Shown one piece after another: positions 21,115 through 31,491 of a stretch of DNA of 64,000 nucleotides. This DNA is from an uncultured Bacteroidota bacterium (GTDB lineage: Bacteria; Bacteroidota; Ignavibacteria; UBA10030; UBA6906): positions 96,001 through 160,000 of the forward strand of contig CAVOYH010000002.1 in assembly GCA_963700635.1 (NCBI GenBank). Reading direction: 5' to 3'. The notes under the pieces were generated by a model. The model did not search any database, was not told the origin of the DNA, and saw only the letters and a list, made by a program, of their open reading frames with translations. Position 1 is the first letter of the stretch, and each line of letters opens with the position of its first letter. Both the position numbers and the translations under genes were made by a program.

Positions 21115-22630
21115 GTGTTGTGAGGAGCGAGGCAAAACGCTGGCCTGACGAACAGGAAGCACATACGAGGCGACCGTAGCGGATGAGAAGGCCAATATCT
21201 TCAAAGTCCAATACCTGCACGGCAGCTACGGGCGTAGATGTGACAGGCATAAGCGGGAAAGTGGGTGCGCATTACCCGGGGAGATCTGCTCTCTGGCCAT
21301 GAGCTACCGTCGTTGCAAGGCGATGGGAGAGGAGAGCAGAAGTCAGCAAAGGGCATAGTAGGTCATGCGACCAGTGGCTGAAGGCCCGAACATAAAGAGG
21401 AAGGCAAGATCCTTCCCTTTCGATGACGCAGGAGACGCAGACAGTATGACTGAGAAGTCCGAGGCCGACTATCGCAATACTCGCCGGAAGCGGGGTGAGC
21501 GGAGTGCTGGCGCGTCAAACGTCACGGCAAGGGAAGAAACGTCGAGCCCAGAGGGGACGGCGCTCATGGAGGCAGTAGTCGCGCGGAAGAACATGACGCG
21601 GGCGTATGCCCGCGTGATACAGAATAAGGGAGCGGCTGGAGCGGATGCGATGACGGTGGAGGAGCTGCAACCGTATCTGCGAGATCACTGGGAAGGCATT
21701 AAGAAGGAACTGCTGGAAGGGAGCTACAGACCACAGGCAGTACGGAAGGTGGAAATCCCCAAGCCCGGAGGCGGCACAAGGATGCTTGGGATACCGACCG
21801 TTGTGGACCGTCTCATCCAGCAGGCGCTGCATCAGGTGATGACGGCAATCTTTGACAGACACTTTTCCACGTCGAGCTATGGCTTCCGCGAGGGCAGAAG
21901 CGCGCACCAGGCGGTAACACAGGCGCGACGCCACGTGGCAGAAGGGAAGCGGTGGGTTGTAGACATCGACTTGGAAAAGTTCTTCGACCGTGTCAACCAC
22001 GACGTGTTGATGTCGAGAGTAGCCCGCCGGGTACAGGACAAGCGCGTGCTCAGGGTGATACGGCGCTATCTGCAAGCGGGGATGATGTCCGATGGGATAG
22101 TGGCAGTGCGCACGGAGGGGACACCGCAAGGAGGTCCACTCTCACCGCTGTTGTCGAACATTCTGCTGGACGATCTGGACAAGGAACTGGAGAGACGCGG
22201 TCACGCGTTCTGCCGGTATGCCGACGACTGCAACGTATACGTGCGGTCACGGATAGCCGGAGAGCGTGTCATGACTTCGCTGAAACAGTTCCTTGACAAG
22301 CATCTCCGATTACGGGTCAACGAAGCGAAGAGCGCTGTCGGACGTCCATGGCAACGGACGTTCCTTGGCTACTCCATGACCGTCCATCGGAAACCGAGGC
22401 TGACTGTGGCCGCGAGTTCACGAGATAGGCTCAAGGAGAAGGTCCGGGAACTCTTGCGCCGGGGGCGTGGACAGAGCGTTGGGCAGGTCATCAAGGAACT
22501 CCAGCCACTTCTTCGGGGCTGGATCGCGTACTTCAAGCTTGCGGAGGCAAGGAAAACCTTCGAGGAACTCGATGGATGGATACGGCGGAAGCTGCGCTGT
22601 GTGTTATGGCGGCAGTGGAAGCGGGTCTAC
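21115..22630 (+). mobile_element. Class IIC group II intron remnant, truncated at both ends
   Basis: IIC-like ribozyme segments (GGCAAAACGCTGGCCTGACGAACAGGAAGC; TTACCCGGGGAGATCTG...CAGAAGTCAGC...CATAGTAG...GAAGGCCCGAAC) directly after a terminator. No GUGYG start and no domain V/VI. Confidence 0.85.
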
Positions 22631-22699
22631 CCACCTGCTAAACGTAACCTCGATATCAATGACGGTTGGCATCAACTGCATCCCGACACACCCCCATGA
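21446..22699 (+). pseudogene. ltrA: Group II intron reverse transcriptase/maturase, C-terminal part of domain X lost
   Basis: KGAAGAD, IPKPGG..RMLGIPT, DLEKFFD, GTPQGGPLSP, YADD. Homology ends at RQWKRVY, followed by an unrelated tail. Confidence 0.9.
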
Positions 22700-22786
22700 A
22701 CTCTGCAGCCTCTCCTCGTGTTGTACTGTTTTCTGCATGTCTCTACTGAGTGGCTTCGCCTCCAGGATGGTATGTCATTTTGAAAA

Positions 22787-24079
22787 TTAAAAGAACACTC
22801 TCATCCACACTTCAACTTTCTGTTGAAACGATTTACTGCCATACTCCGTATTCCCACCTCCTGTTATAAGAGTGGACCAGAGGATGAACTCAGCGTTGGT
22901 CACGGGCTTGTAGCTCACGGTCATAGACAGTAGGACACTCCGGTCAGCAAGGTTATAGATTGTAAACAGCGACGGCGTAAAGTACAATAGATCGAATGGC
23001 TCGGGCTTGGTCAACTTGAGATACAAATAATCCTTCATCAAGTTGCTGGCGCGAAAATACGTTTGGTTCACCTTAGCCACTTGCTGAAGTCGTATCGGGT
23101 CATTGTCCTGTGTGCCCGAGGTGAGAAATCTGTGGTACGAGTCAAACTCGGAGGCGCTCAATCCGATGTCGTTGTGGTAGTACTCGACAATGAGCGTGGC
23201 GTTTGATTCGTGCAAGTATCGAATGCCTGCGAGATATGAAGCGCCATTGACGGAACCCGACGCGAGGGCATTGTCCCTGATAGTGAACCGCTCAACATTC
23301 ACATTGTAGCTCAGCTCACCATGCACTTCCAGATTGTCGGAAAGGTTCCGAGCGATATCCATCCCCACGCGCCTGGGGTTTCGAATACTATAGAAACCCA
23401 TCATGTCAATATCGGTGTCCCATAGAAGGAAGGAGGTTTTGAGTGCAAGATCGGTGTGTTTCAGCTCACCAAACCGAGAGGTTGTGTTGCCGGATGAAGG
23501 TATGACAACGAAGATGAATGATATGTTCTGCAGTGCTTCGGAAGAGAAACTTTTCACATATTCGACATTTGCAGAGAGCACACCTGCCTGCGCAAGCTCC
23601 GGATTTTCCGGGTCTTTCAATGGGTTGACGTAGCCTACGGGATTGAACGCGTATCCCTTTCCCCAATTGTACAATCGTTTTCCCGCTTGCACGGTTGTAT
23701 TGAATGATGGATTGATATTGCCGTACGCCTCGAACATGTCCACTGATGCGTCAGCATCGCTGAAGTATGTTGCATGAGTCCTCAGGAAAACGCCAAGGTC
23801 GCTTGTCCTGTATTCAGCATTCAGGTATGGTTCAAAACGATATTGTGCAAGCAACGATGTCGAGGGTTTGTCCACAGGGAATTGCAGCATGTATACTGGA
23901 GAGTTATCGCGCATGTGGAAGAGTGTGTACTTCACGTCGAGATTGCCGCTCCAGTCGATCGTCTTTTCTGGAGGAGGCGTCAGTACCTCATCTTGCGAAG
24001 ACGATATGGTTGGGACAGTCAACAACATCAATACGAATAGAATGAGCGCCTTCTTCGTAACAGTGTGTCGTGTCATCAT
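22787..24079 (-). CDS. Outer-membrane beta-barrel protein associated with the Lol-like ABC module
   Basis: Signal peptide, GKRLYNWGKGYAFNP motif, C-terminal VWMRVFF. Confidence 0.75.
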   Translation of the reverse strand: MMTRHTVTKKALILFVLMLLTVPTISSSQDEVLTPPPEKTIDWSGNLDVKYTLFHMRDNSPVYMLQFPVDKPSTSLLAQYRFEPYLNAEYRTSDLGVFLRTHATYFSDADASVDMFEAYGNINPSFNTTVQAGKRLYNWGKGYAFNPVGYVNPLKDPENPELAQAGVLSANVEYVKSFSSEALQNISFIFVVIPSSGNTTSRFGELKHTDLALKTSFLLWDTDIDMMGFYSIRNPRRVGMDIARNLSDNLEVHGELSYNVNVERFTIRDNALASGSVNGASYLAGIRYLHESNATLIVEYYHNDIGLSASEFDSYHRFLTSGTQDNDPIRLQQVAKVNQTYFRASNLMKDYLYLKLTKPEPFDLLYFTPSLFTIYNLADRSVLLSMTVSYKPVTNAEFILWSTLITGGGNTEYGSKSFQQKVEVWMRVFF

Positions 24080-24085
24080 CAGTAT

Positions 24086-24609
24086 CTACCACTCCCATAA
24101 TATTGCGAGTATCCGCACCTCCGTGTTAGGGAGAAACAAATCTTTCCAACGCACATTCTCGTCCCTCAAGAGCGGATGGAGCACCCCCCCCCGCCTCCTA
24201 TCACCAGAAAGTCTATCCCATGCCCCTGAAAATGTTCGAACGCATGAGCGTGCCCACTGAGAAACACTTTGCAATAGGTATCCATCTTTTGCCATTCGGC
24301 TTCACTAGATCCTATTGTAGTTACATCGCCAAGATGAAAAAGGGCCGCAACGTCGCGCTCCTGGACAAGCGCGTTAAAAATCGCTGCTGTGGCCTCTTCA
24401 TTCCGGTCGCTCTGTAACCTGATCGTTTCAATCCAGAGTGGATCTTGTGTGTCGCTGACAAAGGCAAGGACGGTTTTGGATGCTTCGGGCGCACGTGGTG
24501 CCGTTGCCGAGGAGTCGAGACTGTTGTAGGAATCAAACGCCGGGACTGCACCGCCGAGAAGAAGAAACTTCAGATGGAACAGAGTGTGTGCGATCAGGAA
24601 AATGGTCAC
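24086..24609 (-). pseudogene. Metallophosphoesterase remnant (internal deletion plus frameshift)
   Basis: SDTQ and HLGD motifs run straight into SGHAH, with GNH(D/E) missing. Frameshift at the G9 tract (24184-24192). Confidence 0.7.
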
Positions 24610-25334
24610 CGCAATTCTCCAAGTCGCTTCATGTACGTAAGCGTAAACACTTCATCGGGGAATTGCCGCTTCGTAATGGTCTGATAAATCATGAGCGATC
24701 TGAAGCCTTTGTACAGCGGACTGTACGTTTCAATGACAGAAGGGCGAGTCAGTCCGCCCCCGAAGTGCTTATCTTCTTTGAATTCCAATGTCTTGATGAG
24801 CATGCCGCTTGCAGAGTATGCCTCCACCTTGCGGAGTATCTTTTTATCTTTTGTAATCCACATCTTCAGGCGGTCGTACGCCACTCTTTTGTTCTTCGCT
24901 TTCAAGTCGAGGAGATACTCTTTGTCTGTTCCCTCGGAATATGTGGCGTCGTACTCCGTCGAATATTCTAACTGCATAATGTCCGCATTATTGAAAACGC
25001 CCCCCACAACGGACTGCAGGCTCGTGATGCGTATGGGCCTGTTCGCGCTCGGGATGAAGAGCCACATGTTCTCGCCGAGACGAAGCGTCGAACGGCCCTT
25101 TTCACTTGCAGGCAAAAGATACAACATCGCAATCTTGTCTTTCCCTTTCTTCACGGTGTAGAATGTGAACTCTTTCTTCGATCCGTCAGGTTCTTCATTG
25201 ATGAGTTTGCGATTTGCCTCATACGATTCGGGCATGAGATTGTCGTCAACTTCCTTCAAGAGCTTGTTGGCGTCCTGTGCCGTGACAGTAAGAGCAAACA
25301 ACACCGTGAGGATGTATACTGATAGACTTTTCAT
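24606..25334 (-). CDS. LolA-like outer membrane lipoprotein-sorting protein
   Basis: Signal peptide; PASEKG..L..GENMWLFIP, FNNADI, FPDEVFT motifs. Confidence 0.85.
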   Translation of the reverse strand: MKSLSVYILTVLFALTVTAQDANKLLKEVDDNLMPESYEANRKLINEEPDGSKKEFTFYTVKKGKDKIAMLYLLPASEKGRSTLRLGENMWLFIPSANRPIRITSLQSVVGGVFNNADIMQLEYSTEYDATYSEGTDKEYLLDLKAKNKRVAYDRLKMWITKDKKILRKVEAYSASGMLIKTLEFKEDKHFGGGLTRPSVIETYSPLYKGFRSLMIYQTITKRQFPDEVFTLTYMKRLGELR

Positions 25335-25610
25335 ATCTTTCTTACCTCTCGTATTCTGGTACTTGGCCCTTAGATTCTCTTCGATGATGATCTTCTTCGA
25401 AGAGTATGACATGGAAAAGTCTTGCGTTGGCGCAGTCAATACCTTCAATCAGGTTGATGACGCCGCATCCGCTTCCATCTACGTTGACAGAAGTCGTTAC
25501 GTAGTTCTGCATCGTTTCTCATCCCGCCGTTGAGATTGTTTCAGCTCAAAAAGGGAATCATGCAATGATGCGATAGCAGATTGTATGAGCATCCTGATAG
25601 ACGACATGGT

Positions 25611-26843
25611 CTACACGTGTCCCAGCGCATCCACAGGTTCCATCTTTGATGCTTTATATGCTGGTTGGAATCCGGCGAAGAGTGACACGAACATGACGAT
25701 AAGTGCGACCCACAAGATTTCAACCGCCGGGATGCTTGGCGAGAGCGACACGTCCATTTGACCGAAGGTAAATTCAATCTTTGTTGTGTTCATGACCCAC
25801 AAGATGCCAAGTCCGATGACAATACCTGCAACCGTGCTCAGCAATCCCATCGCAAACCCTTCGATCAGGAAGAGGGAGAGAATCCGGCGTGGTGGTGTTC
25901 CGATTGCTGCGATAGTGCCAATTTCGCTGATCCGCTCATACACCGACATCGTCATGATGTTGAGGATACTCACGAGTACGATGGTAATCAAGATGAACTT
26001 GACGACGAAGATCAGGATGTCAACGATATGTGCGATGCTCGCGAACGGTGAAAGTTGTTCCCACGTATGTACTTCGAATGGCACTTGCGACGCAGTGGAT
26101 GCGTTCTTCAGCTGTGCGAATACCGTGCTGAGTTGATCGAATCGTTGTAAGTGAATCGCGATTTCCACTATTTCCGACTGATCCATTCTTAAAAGTTCTT
26201 GTGCATCCCGGATATGGATATAGCCGTCCTTGCCGGACGGACCGAAGACATTCTCCGTGACCGCGGCAATGCGTACCGTAACGGCATTGACCGAGCCTTC
26301 TTTATTCGTCGCGACCAGAACAATCTCATCTCCTATCTTCAGCGAAAGGCCATGCATGAGGTTCTCGGGAACCAATATTTCTCCTGGCGTGAGAAATGTG
26401 TCAGGATCGGGCACGTGCCCTTTAATCCGTTTCACAAATTCCGGCACCGTGCGATTCTCCATTTCCGGGTATACGGCGCTCAACCGGATGTTCGATGTTT
26501 GCGCATAGTTACTGATCATCGCTCCAAACTTGATCCGCGGACTGTACGCTGCGACTTCAGGGATGCCTTTCAGCTGCGTTTCGACCTTCTCGAGCTCCGC
26601 TCCAGAAAGTGTGAGGTTCAGTGGTAAGTTATCGATAGACGCGACATATCCCTTCTTGTGGATTTGCAGATCGCCCATCGCTGTGTTCGTTAGTACGCCC
26701 ACCATTTGTGATTTAAAGGAAATGGCAAGCCCTCCAAACACGACCACGAGGATTACGCCAAACGCAATGAGTGATGAAGTAAGAAGCGTCCGTCGTTTGT
26801 TTCGAAACAAATTGCGGAGTGCAATCATGATGAGATTTCTCAT
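25611..26843 (-). CDS. ABC transporter permease, LolC/E-FtsX (MacB-type) family
   Basis: ALRNLFRNKRRT, VYERISEIGT, PAYKASKMEPVDAL. Confidence 0.92.
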   Translation of the reverse strand: MRNLIMIALRNLFRNKRRTLLTSSLIAFGVILVVVFGGLAISFKSQMVGVLTNTAMGDLQIHKKGYVASIDNLPLNLTLSGAELEKVETQLKGIPEVAAYSPRIKFGAMISNYAQTSNIRLSAVYPEMENRTVPEFVKRIKGHVPDPDTFLTPGEILVPENLMHGLSLKIGDEIVLVATNKEGSVNAVTVRIAAVTENVFGPSGKDGYIHIRDAQELLRMDQSEIVEIAIHLQRFDQLSTVFAQLKNASTASQVPFEVHTWEQLSPFASIAHIVDILIFVVKFILITIVLVSILNIMTMSVYERISEIGTIAAIGTPPRRILSLFLIEGFAMGLLSTVAGIVIGLGILWVMNTTKIEFTFGQMDVSLSPSIPAVEILWVALIVMFVSLFAGFQPAYKASKMEPVDALGHV

Positions 26844-26846
26844 TGA

Positions 26847-27542
26847 TCATCTTGCCTTTCTGTGTTCCGTGCTGACGATGATGCCGTCTTCCAGTGTATG
26901 TATGACTTCTGCCTCTCCAACAATTTTAGGGTCATGCGTCGAAAAGATGAACGTTGTCCCAAATTCGCTCGTCATCTCGTGCATAATGTTGATGACGGTG
27001 AACGCGGTGGCACGGTCGAGATTGGCAGTTGGCTCGTCTGCAAGAACAATCTGCGGATTCGTCACTAAGGCGCGGGCAACAGCCACGCGCTGTTTCTGTC
27101 CGCCAGAAATTTGGTTCGGATATTTGTCCTTTTGGTCGGTCATTCCGACCTTAGCCAGCAATCGTAGCACGCGGTCACGGCGTTGCTGTGAGGGAAGCCG
27201 GTCGAGCATAAGGAGGGGGTATTCAACGTTTTCAGACACGGTCAGGACGGGAATGAGATTGAAATTCTGGAACACGAAGCCGATAGTCTTTCCACGAAAC
27301 GCTGCTGCGGCGGCTCTGTCGAACGTGTTCACATCCGTCCCGTTGACGAGGATCCTGCCTTCCGTCGGTTTGTCCAGAACTCCGATGAGGTTCAGCAGCG
27401 TTGACTTACCGCTGCCTGAAGGACCGATGAACGACACAAAAGACTGTTTGTTGATCTTCAGCGAAATTCCCCCCAGCGCCTTCACCGAAACTTCACCGGT
27501 CTGATACACCTTCGAAACGTTCTCTAATTCGATTAAATTCAT
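26847..27542 (-). CDS. ABC transporter ATP-binding protein, LolD-like
   Basis: GPSGSGKST, ISGGQKQRV, LADEPTANLD, STHD. Confidence 0.95.
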   Translation of the reverse strand: MNLIELENVSKVYQTGEVSVKALGGISLKINKQSFVSFIGPSGSGKSTLLNLIGVLDKPTEGRILVNGTDVNTFDRAAAAAFRGKTIGFVFQNFNLIPVLTVSENVEYPLLMLDRLPSQQRRDRVLRLLAKVGMTDQKDKYPNQISGGQKQRVAVARALVTNPQIVLADEPTANLDRATAFTVINIMHEMTSEFGTTFIFSTHDPKIVGEAEVIHTLEDGIIVSTEHRKAR

Positions 27543-27635
27543 CCTCTCCTCGTTTTCAGTGGATTGGTCAACACCCTGTTAGATGCAGCGAAACGTAAAA
27601 GGAGTTTCAGCATTTGCCAAGATAACCGACGAATC

Positions 27636-29915
27636 TCAAAATTGCGCAGACAGTCCGAGAATCGGCAGTATTCCAAAATCGTATCTCGGCGTTTCCGTGA
27701 TAATACCATTGGAATCTACTTTGTAAGAATAGTCGAGGACGTTTTCCCGGTTATACACGTTCCAAAGATCAAGGTATGCGGTTAACGTCCAAGAACCAAA
27801 CACAAACTTCTTGTCGAGTCGGACATCAAGTTTGTGGTAAGCGGGAAAGCGTGCTGAGTTGTAATCATCGTCAACCACATAGTACGTGTTGTTCTTCTGC
27901 GTCGCACCCACAACCGGGGTATAAGGATTGCCGGATGCGTATTGAAATTTTACTCCAAGCTGCCAATTATCACCGAGTTCCATGCCCGCAATGAAATTCA
28001 CAATGTGTGGTCTGTCGAATTCGAAAAAATATTCAGCGCTTCCGTCCGCATCACATCGCTTCGATTCGGAATATGTGTACGAAGCCGTTCCGACGAATCC
28101 GTCGGTAAACTTTTTCTGGAGCGAAAATTCAATACCTCGCGCAAAACCGGTTCCGGCATTGTAGAGAATATCGTTTGTGTCGCTTCCCACGATAACGTTC
28201 GATAAATCTTTGTAGTACACTTCGAACGTACCGCGGAGATCATTGCGTAAAAGCTGGTCTACGCCAAAGATATAATGCGTCGCGCTGCTGCTGCGAAGCT
28301 GTCGGTTGATCGGGTCGAGGGCAATGTGGTACGACGCTGGCGTTTGATAAAATTGTCCATACGCTATATTGAATGCTGTTTGATCTGTCAATTGATACGA
28401 CGCCGACAAACGCGGGCTAAGGGTCGCTTCTTTTGTAAATGAAAAATAGTCATAACGTGCGCCGGCGGTTAAGGAGAGCTGAATCCATGGTTTCCATGTG
28501 CTTTGCAGAAATGCTGACGGTTTGTTGCTGACTTCGGGAAGATACGAAATGGACGATGCCGGAATAATTTGCCCGACACGCGTCGTGTCGGCGGGCTTCC
28601 AAGATAGCTGCTTCGATTCTATGTAGCGAATCTGCGCGCCCGCTTTGACGTCAACATACGGATTGATGTGATACGTGATTTCATTTTTCAATGTATAGCT
28701 CTTTTCAAGTATGTCCTCTCCGATTAAGTCTCGTGCTGTTTCAGTCCCGCGAAGTGTGTTCCAGCCATTACCGGAGTACGACAGCGTAGTTAAGCTGTAC
28801 GCTTCGGGCGATATGAGGTAGCGCCAATTCACGCCGAACGCTGTCCCGTAGTCGTCACGAGTCAAGTAACTATACTTGCCGGTATCGCTTGAGCTTTTCA
28901 TCCTGTCAGCGCCTTCACGGTCAATCTGATCAAGATAGTAGAATCCGACAATACTTAATCGGTTCTTTGCGTCTATGTCGTACGTGACTTTTCCAACTGC
29001 ATCATAATAGCTTGGGGCAGCGGGACGATTGAGCAGCGACGTGAGCAAGTCCAAAAACCCTCGGCGGGCAGAAAATACGACTGAACCATTGTTGAATATC
29101 GGACCATCTACCATTGCACCCAGTCCGGCTAGGTTAGCGTTGATGTCGATGTTGTGCACTTCCTTGTTTCCATCCACCATCGTCATATCGAACACCGACG
29201 ACATTTTGTCTCCATACATTGCCGGGAAACCTCCCGTTAAAAATGTTACTTCTTTCAGTAATGACGGATTTACGATGCTGATGATACCCATCGATTCGCC
29301 CGTTCGCGCAAAATGGATAGGATTGTAGATCTCGATATTATCGAGTAGCGTAAGATTTTCATCAGGGCTTCCGCCGCGGACGATCAACTGCGCGCTTTTA
29401 CCGCCTGCGGTTGCAACACCGGGCAGCGATTGCATGACGCGAAAAATATCTTCCGCCGAGCCTGGTGATCGTCGAATTTCTTGAGGTGAAAGGGTACGAT
29501 AGCTAACAGTGCTCTCAGCCGGTTTCCGAAAATAGCTACCCGTCACAGTTGCTCCTTCCATTTCAATCTGAGTCGGCGTGAGTTCAATGTGAGCCGTTGT
29601 GTTGCGAGACTGGATAACAGAGATGTCTTCTTGAGCCGTGGGCTGGTAGCCGATGTATGAGATTGTCAATTGGTACGTTCCCAGAGGAACGTTCTTGATA
29701 ACGAAGTAGCCCTTTTCGTCCGTAGCGGCGCCACGTTGAATACCAAGGACGACCACGTTTGCGCCGGGGAGAGGCTGTTTGGTTATTGCATCGCGAACTT
29801 CGCCGGAAATGGTCCCTGTGTTTTCCTGTGCGAAGAGAGGCATGGCGACAAGTGCGACCAACCATACAATGTGAAGTTGGTTGATCAATGTTGAAATGCG
29901 AGACAGCATTGCCAT
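27636..29915 (-). CDS. TonB-dependent receptor with carboxypeptidase-like N-terminal domain
   Basis: ISGEVRD..PLPGANV, VRGGSPDEN, GGFPAMYGD, C-terminal LSAQF. Confidence 0.92.
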   Translation of the reverse strand: MAMLSRISTLINQLHIVWLVALVAMPLFAQENTGTISGEVRDAITKQPLPGANVVVLGIQRGAATDEKGYFVIKNVPLGTYQLTISYIGYQPTAQEDISVIQSRNTTAHIELTPTQIEMEGATVTGSYFRKPAESTVSYRTLSPQEIRRSPGSAEDIFRVMQSLPGVATAGGKSAQLIVRGGSPDENLTLLDNIEIYNPIHFARTGESMGIISIVNPSLLKEVTFLTGGFPAMYGDKMSSVFDMTMVDGNKEVHNIDINANLAGLGAMVDGPIFNNGSVVFSARRGFLDLLTSLLNRPAAPSYYDAVGKVTYDIDAKNRLSIVGFYYLDQIDREGADRMKSSSDTGKYSYLTRDDYGTAFGVNWRYLISPEAYSLTTLSYSGNGWNTLRGTETARDLIGEDILEKSYTLKNEITYHINPYVDVKAGAQIRYIESKQLSWKPADTTRVGQIIPASSISYLPEVSNKPSAFLQSTWKPWIQLSLTAGARYDYFSFTKEATLSPRLSASYQLTDQTAFNIAYGQFYQTPASYHIALDPINRQLRSSSATHYIFGVDQLLRNDLRGTFEVYYKDLSNVIVGSDTNDILYNAGTGFARGIEFSLQKKFTDGFVGTASYTYSESKRCDADGSAEYFFEFDRPHIVNFIAGMELGDNWQLGVKFQYASGNPYTPVVGATQKNNTYYVVDDDYNSARFPAYHKLDVRLDKKFVFGSWTLTAYLDLWNVYNRENVLDYSYKVDSNGIITETPRYDFGILPILGLSAQF

Positions 29916-30051
29916 TCTTGGACTTCCTATAGACAATGGATTGGGTTCTCTCGTGTAATGTTCGATAGCAGAGAAGGAGTTTTGGACAGACAGTGGCGAC
30001 GCTAAGGCCGTCGCCCCCGTCTGTTGACGGCATTATGCGCAGGGCATCTAC

Positions 30052-30150
30052 TCAACAGATTCCGAGGCCCCGGTCGAAGGCGCTCAGATGGTTCTGCGTT
30101 CCTCTGGGCAGATTGCTGTATACGAAGCTGATGTCGCGATCTTCTACACC
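30052..30150 (-). pseudogene. Remnant of DUF2202 (ferritin-like) protein C-terminus
   Basis: Minus frame reads VEDRDISFVYSNLPRGTQNHLSAFDRGLGIC*, resembling DIxxVYxNLxRGSxNHLRAF. Confidence 0.5.
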
Positions 30151-30228
30151 GTATTGATGATTTGCGCGAAAAAACACGAAGGGCAGTTCGATCGTCTTCC
30201 AATCCTATGTATATGCTGCCATGCTACA

Positions 30229-30264
30229 ACACAAAGGCCCCCGGAACACCGGGAGTCTTTGTGT
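30229..30264. terminator. Inverted repeat / probable terminator at the island edge
   Basis: ACACAAAGGCCCCCGG-AACA-CCGGGAGTCTTTGTGT. Confidence 0.55.
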
Positions 30265-30376
30265 GATTGTGGCAGAATTTCTGAACGCAGCAAGTGCAGT
30301 GTGGATCCCGCGTACCGTATCCCTGTCGGCACAGGTCTCGCCATCAAATCTAATGCCGTGAGGCGAAACGTGAGTG

Positions 30377-31396
30377 CTATCTTTGACTCTCTTCTCGATT
30401 TCGTGGCATGGGTTTTAACCATCCCATCTTGTAACACCAGGTGATGGTATCGCGGATACCTTCTTCCAGTCCAATCTCCTGCTCAAATCCGAACTCCTGC
30501 TTGGCCTTTGAAGAGTCGCACGTCCAATAGTCCTGCACCATGTCCCGCGCCTTTTCGTAGTTGATCAACGCGGGTTTTTTGCTGAAGAGGGCGAAGAATT
30601 CAGCAAACGTCGCAACCACGTACACTCCGGCCTCGGGAATACGAATGGTGAGGGCCTTTCGCCCGATGATGTTCCGGGTCACAAGTCCGATCTGCTTCCA
30701 GCCGTAGATCTCCTTGCTTGAGAGAAAGTACGTTTGGCCCTGTGCCCTGGCGCTTTCGCCTGCAAGGATAGTGCCGCGGACGACGTCTCCGACATGCAGG
30801 AGGCTCACGTACTTTTCCCCGAACCCGACCACGGGTTGGAGTCCGTTCCGCATCGTTCGGAAGAACTCGAAGACGTCTTTGTCACGGGGTCCGTACACAG
30901 CCGGAGGGCGAACGATGGTGACCGGCAATCTGTCTGCCACCTTAAGGCATTCGGTTTCGGCTTGCAGTTTGGACCGGCCATAGGTTGTGATGGGGGAGCC
31001 GGAGAGCTCTTCAGTGATGGGGGTGGGGCTCGGGCTGGGGCCGGCGACGGTCTGGCTGCTCACCTGCACGAACCGCCGGAGATTCGGCGCATACCGGAGG
31101 GCAGCGAGGAGAAGATTTTTCGTCCCCACGGCATTTGCGGCAAAGTACTCCTCACGGGTTTTGGCCTTTGTGAGTCCGGCAGAATGGTAGATGTAATCCA
31201 TCCCGCTCACGGCCTGCGCCAGCACCGATTCGTCGGATACATCACCATACACAAATTCGACGTTCAGGTCCTTTAACCATGCCGTACTGCTTGTTTTCCG
31301 GAGCAGGCAGCGCACGGAATACCCCTTTGTGAGGAGTTGTTCCACAATGTGACTGCCTATAAATCCACTACCGCCTGTAACGAGGGCTTTTTTCAT
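30377..31396 (-). CDS. NAD-dependent epimerase/dehydratase (extended SDR); candidate ceramide reductase CerR
   Basis: [21 protein letters not shown]; divergent from spt. Confidence 0.85.
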   Translation of the reverse strand: MKKALVTGGSGFIGSHIVEQLLTKGYSVRCLLRKTSSTAWLKDLNVEFVYGDVSDESVLAQAVSGMDYIYHSAGLTKAKTREEYFAANAVGTKNLLLAALRYAPNLRRFVQVSSQTVAGPSPSPTPITEELSGSPITTYGRSKLQAETECLKVADRLPVTIVRPPAVYGPRDKDVFEFFRTMRNGLQPVVGFGEKYVSLLHVGDVVRGTILAGESARAQGQTYFLSSKEIYGWKQIGLVTRNIIGRKALTIRIPEAGVYVVATFAEFFALFSKKPALINYEKARDMVQDYWTCDSSKAKQEFGFEQEIGLEEGIRDTITWCYKMGWLKPMPRNREESQR

Positions 31397-31408
31397 GTTG
31401 GGGCTCAA

Positions 31409-31458
31409 TTGACTTTCAGAGGTTGGTAGAGTATATTAAAATACTTTCATCTAATCAA
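31409..31458. promoter_or_regulatory. Bidirectional sigma70 promoter with overlapping -10 elements
   Basis: Plus strand: TTGACT(31409)-17-TATATT(31432). Minus strand: TTGATT(31458)-17-TATACT(31435). Confidence 0.7.
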
Positions 31459-31491
31459 ACCCCCTTTTGTGAGCATCCCAAGAGAGCACTG

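Larger units (their letters stand above)
22631..30228. mobile_element. Putative horizontally acquired, decaying island (boundaries approximate)
   Basis: Visibly more AT-rich than the flanks, all genes on the minus strand, interrupts the intron, contains gene remnants; no integrase seen. Confidence 0.5.

Noticed and set aside
21446-22699. RT as DGR, retron or defence RT
   Set aside because: GTPQGGPLSP/YADD, domain X and the upstream ribozyme sequence are group II intron features; no TR/VR or msr-msd seen.
25340-25610. Short minus-strand ORFs (36 and 56 aa) between the permease and the LolA-like gene
   Set aside because: No recognisable motif or RBS; probably decayed sequence.
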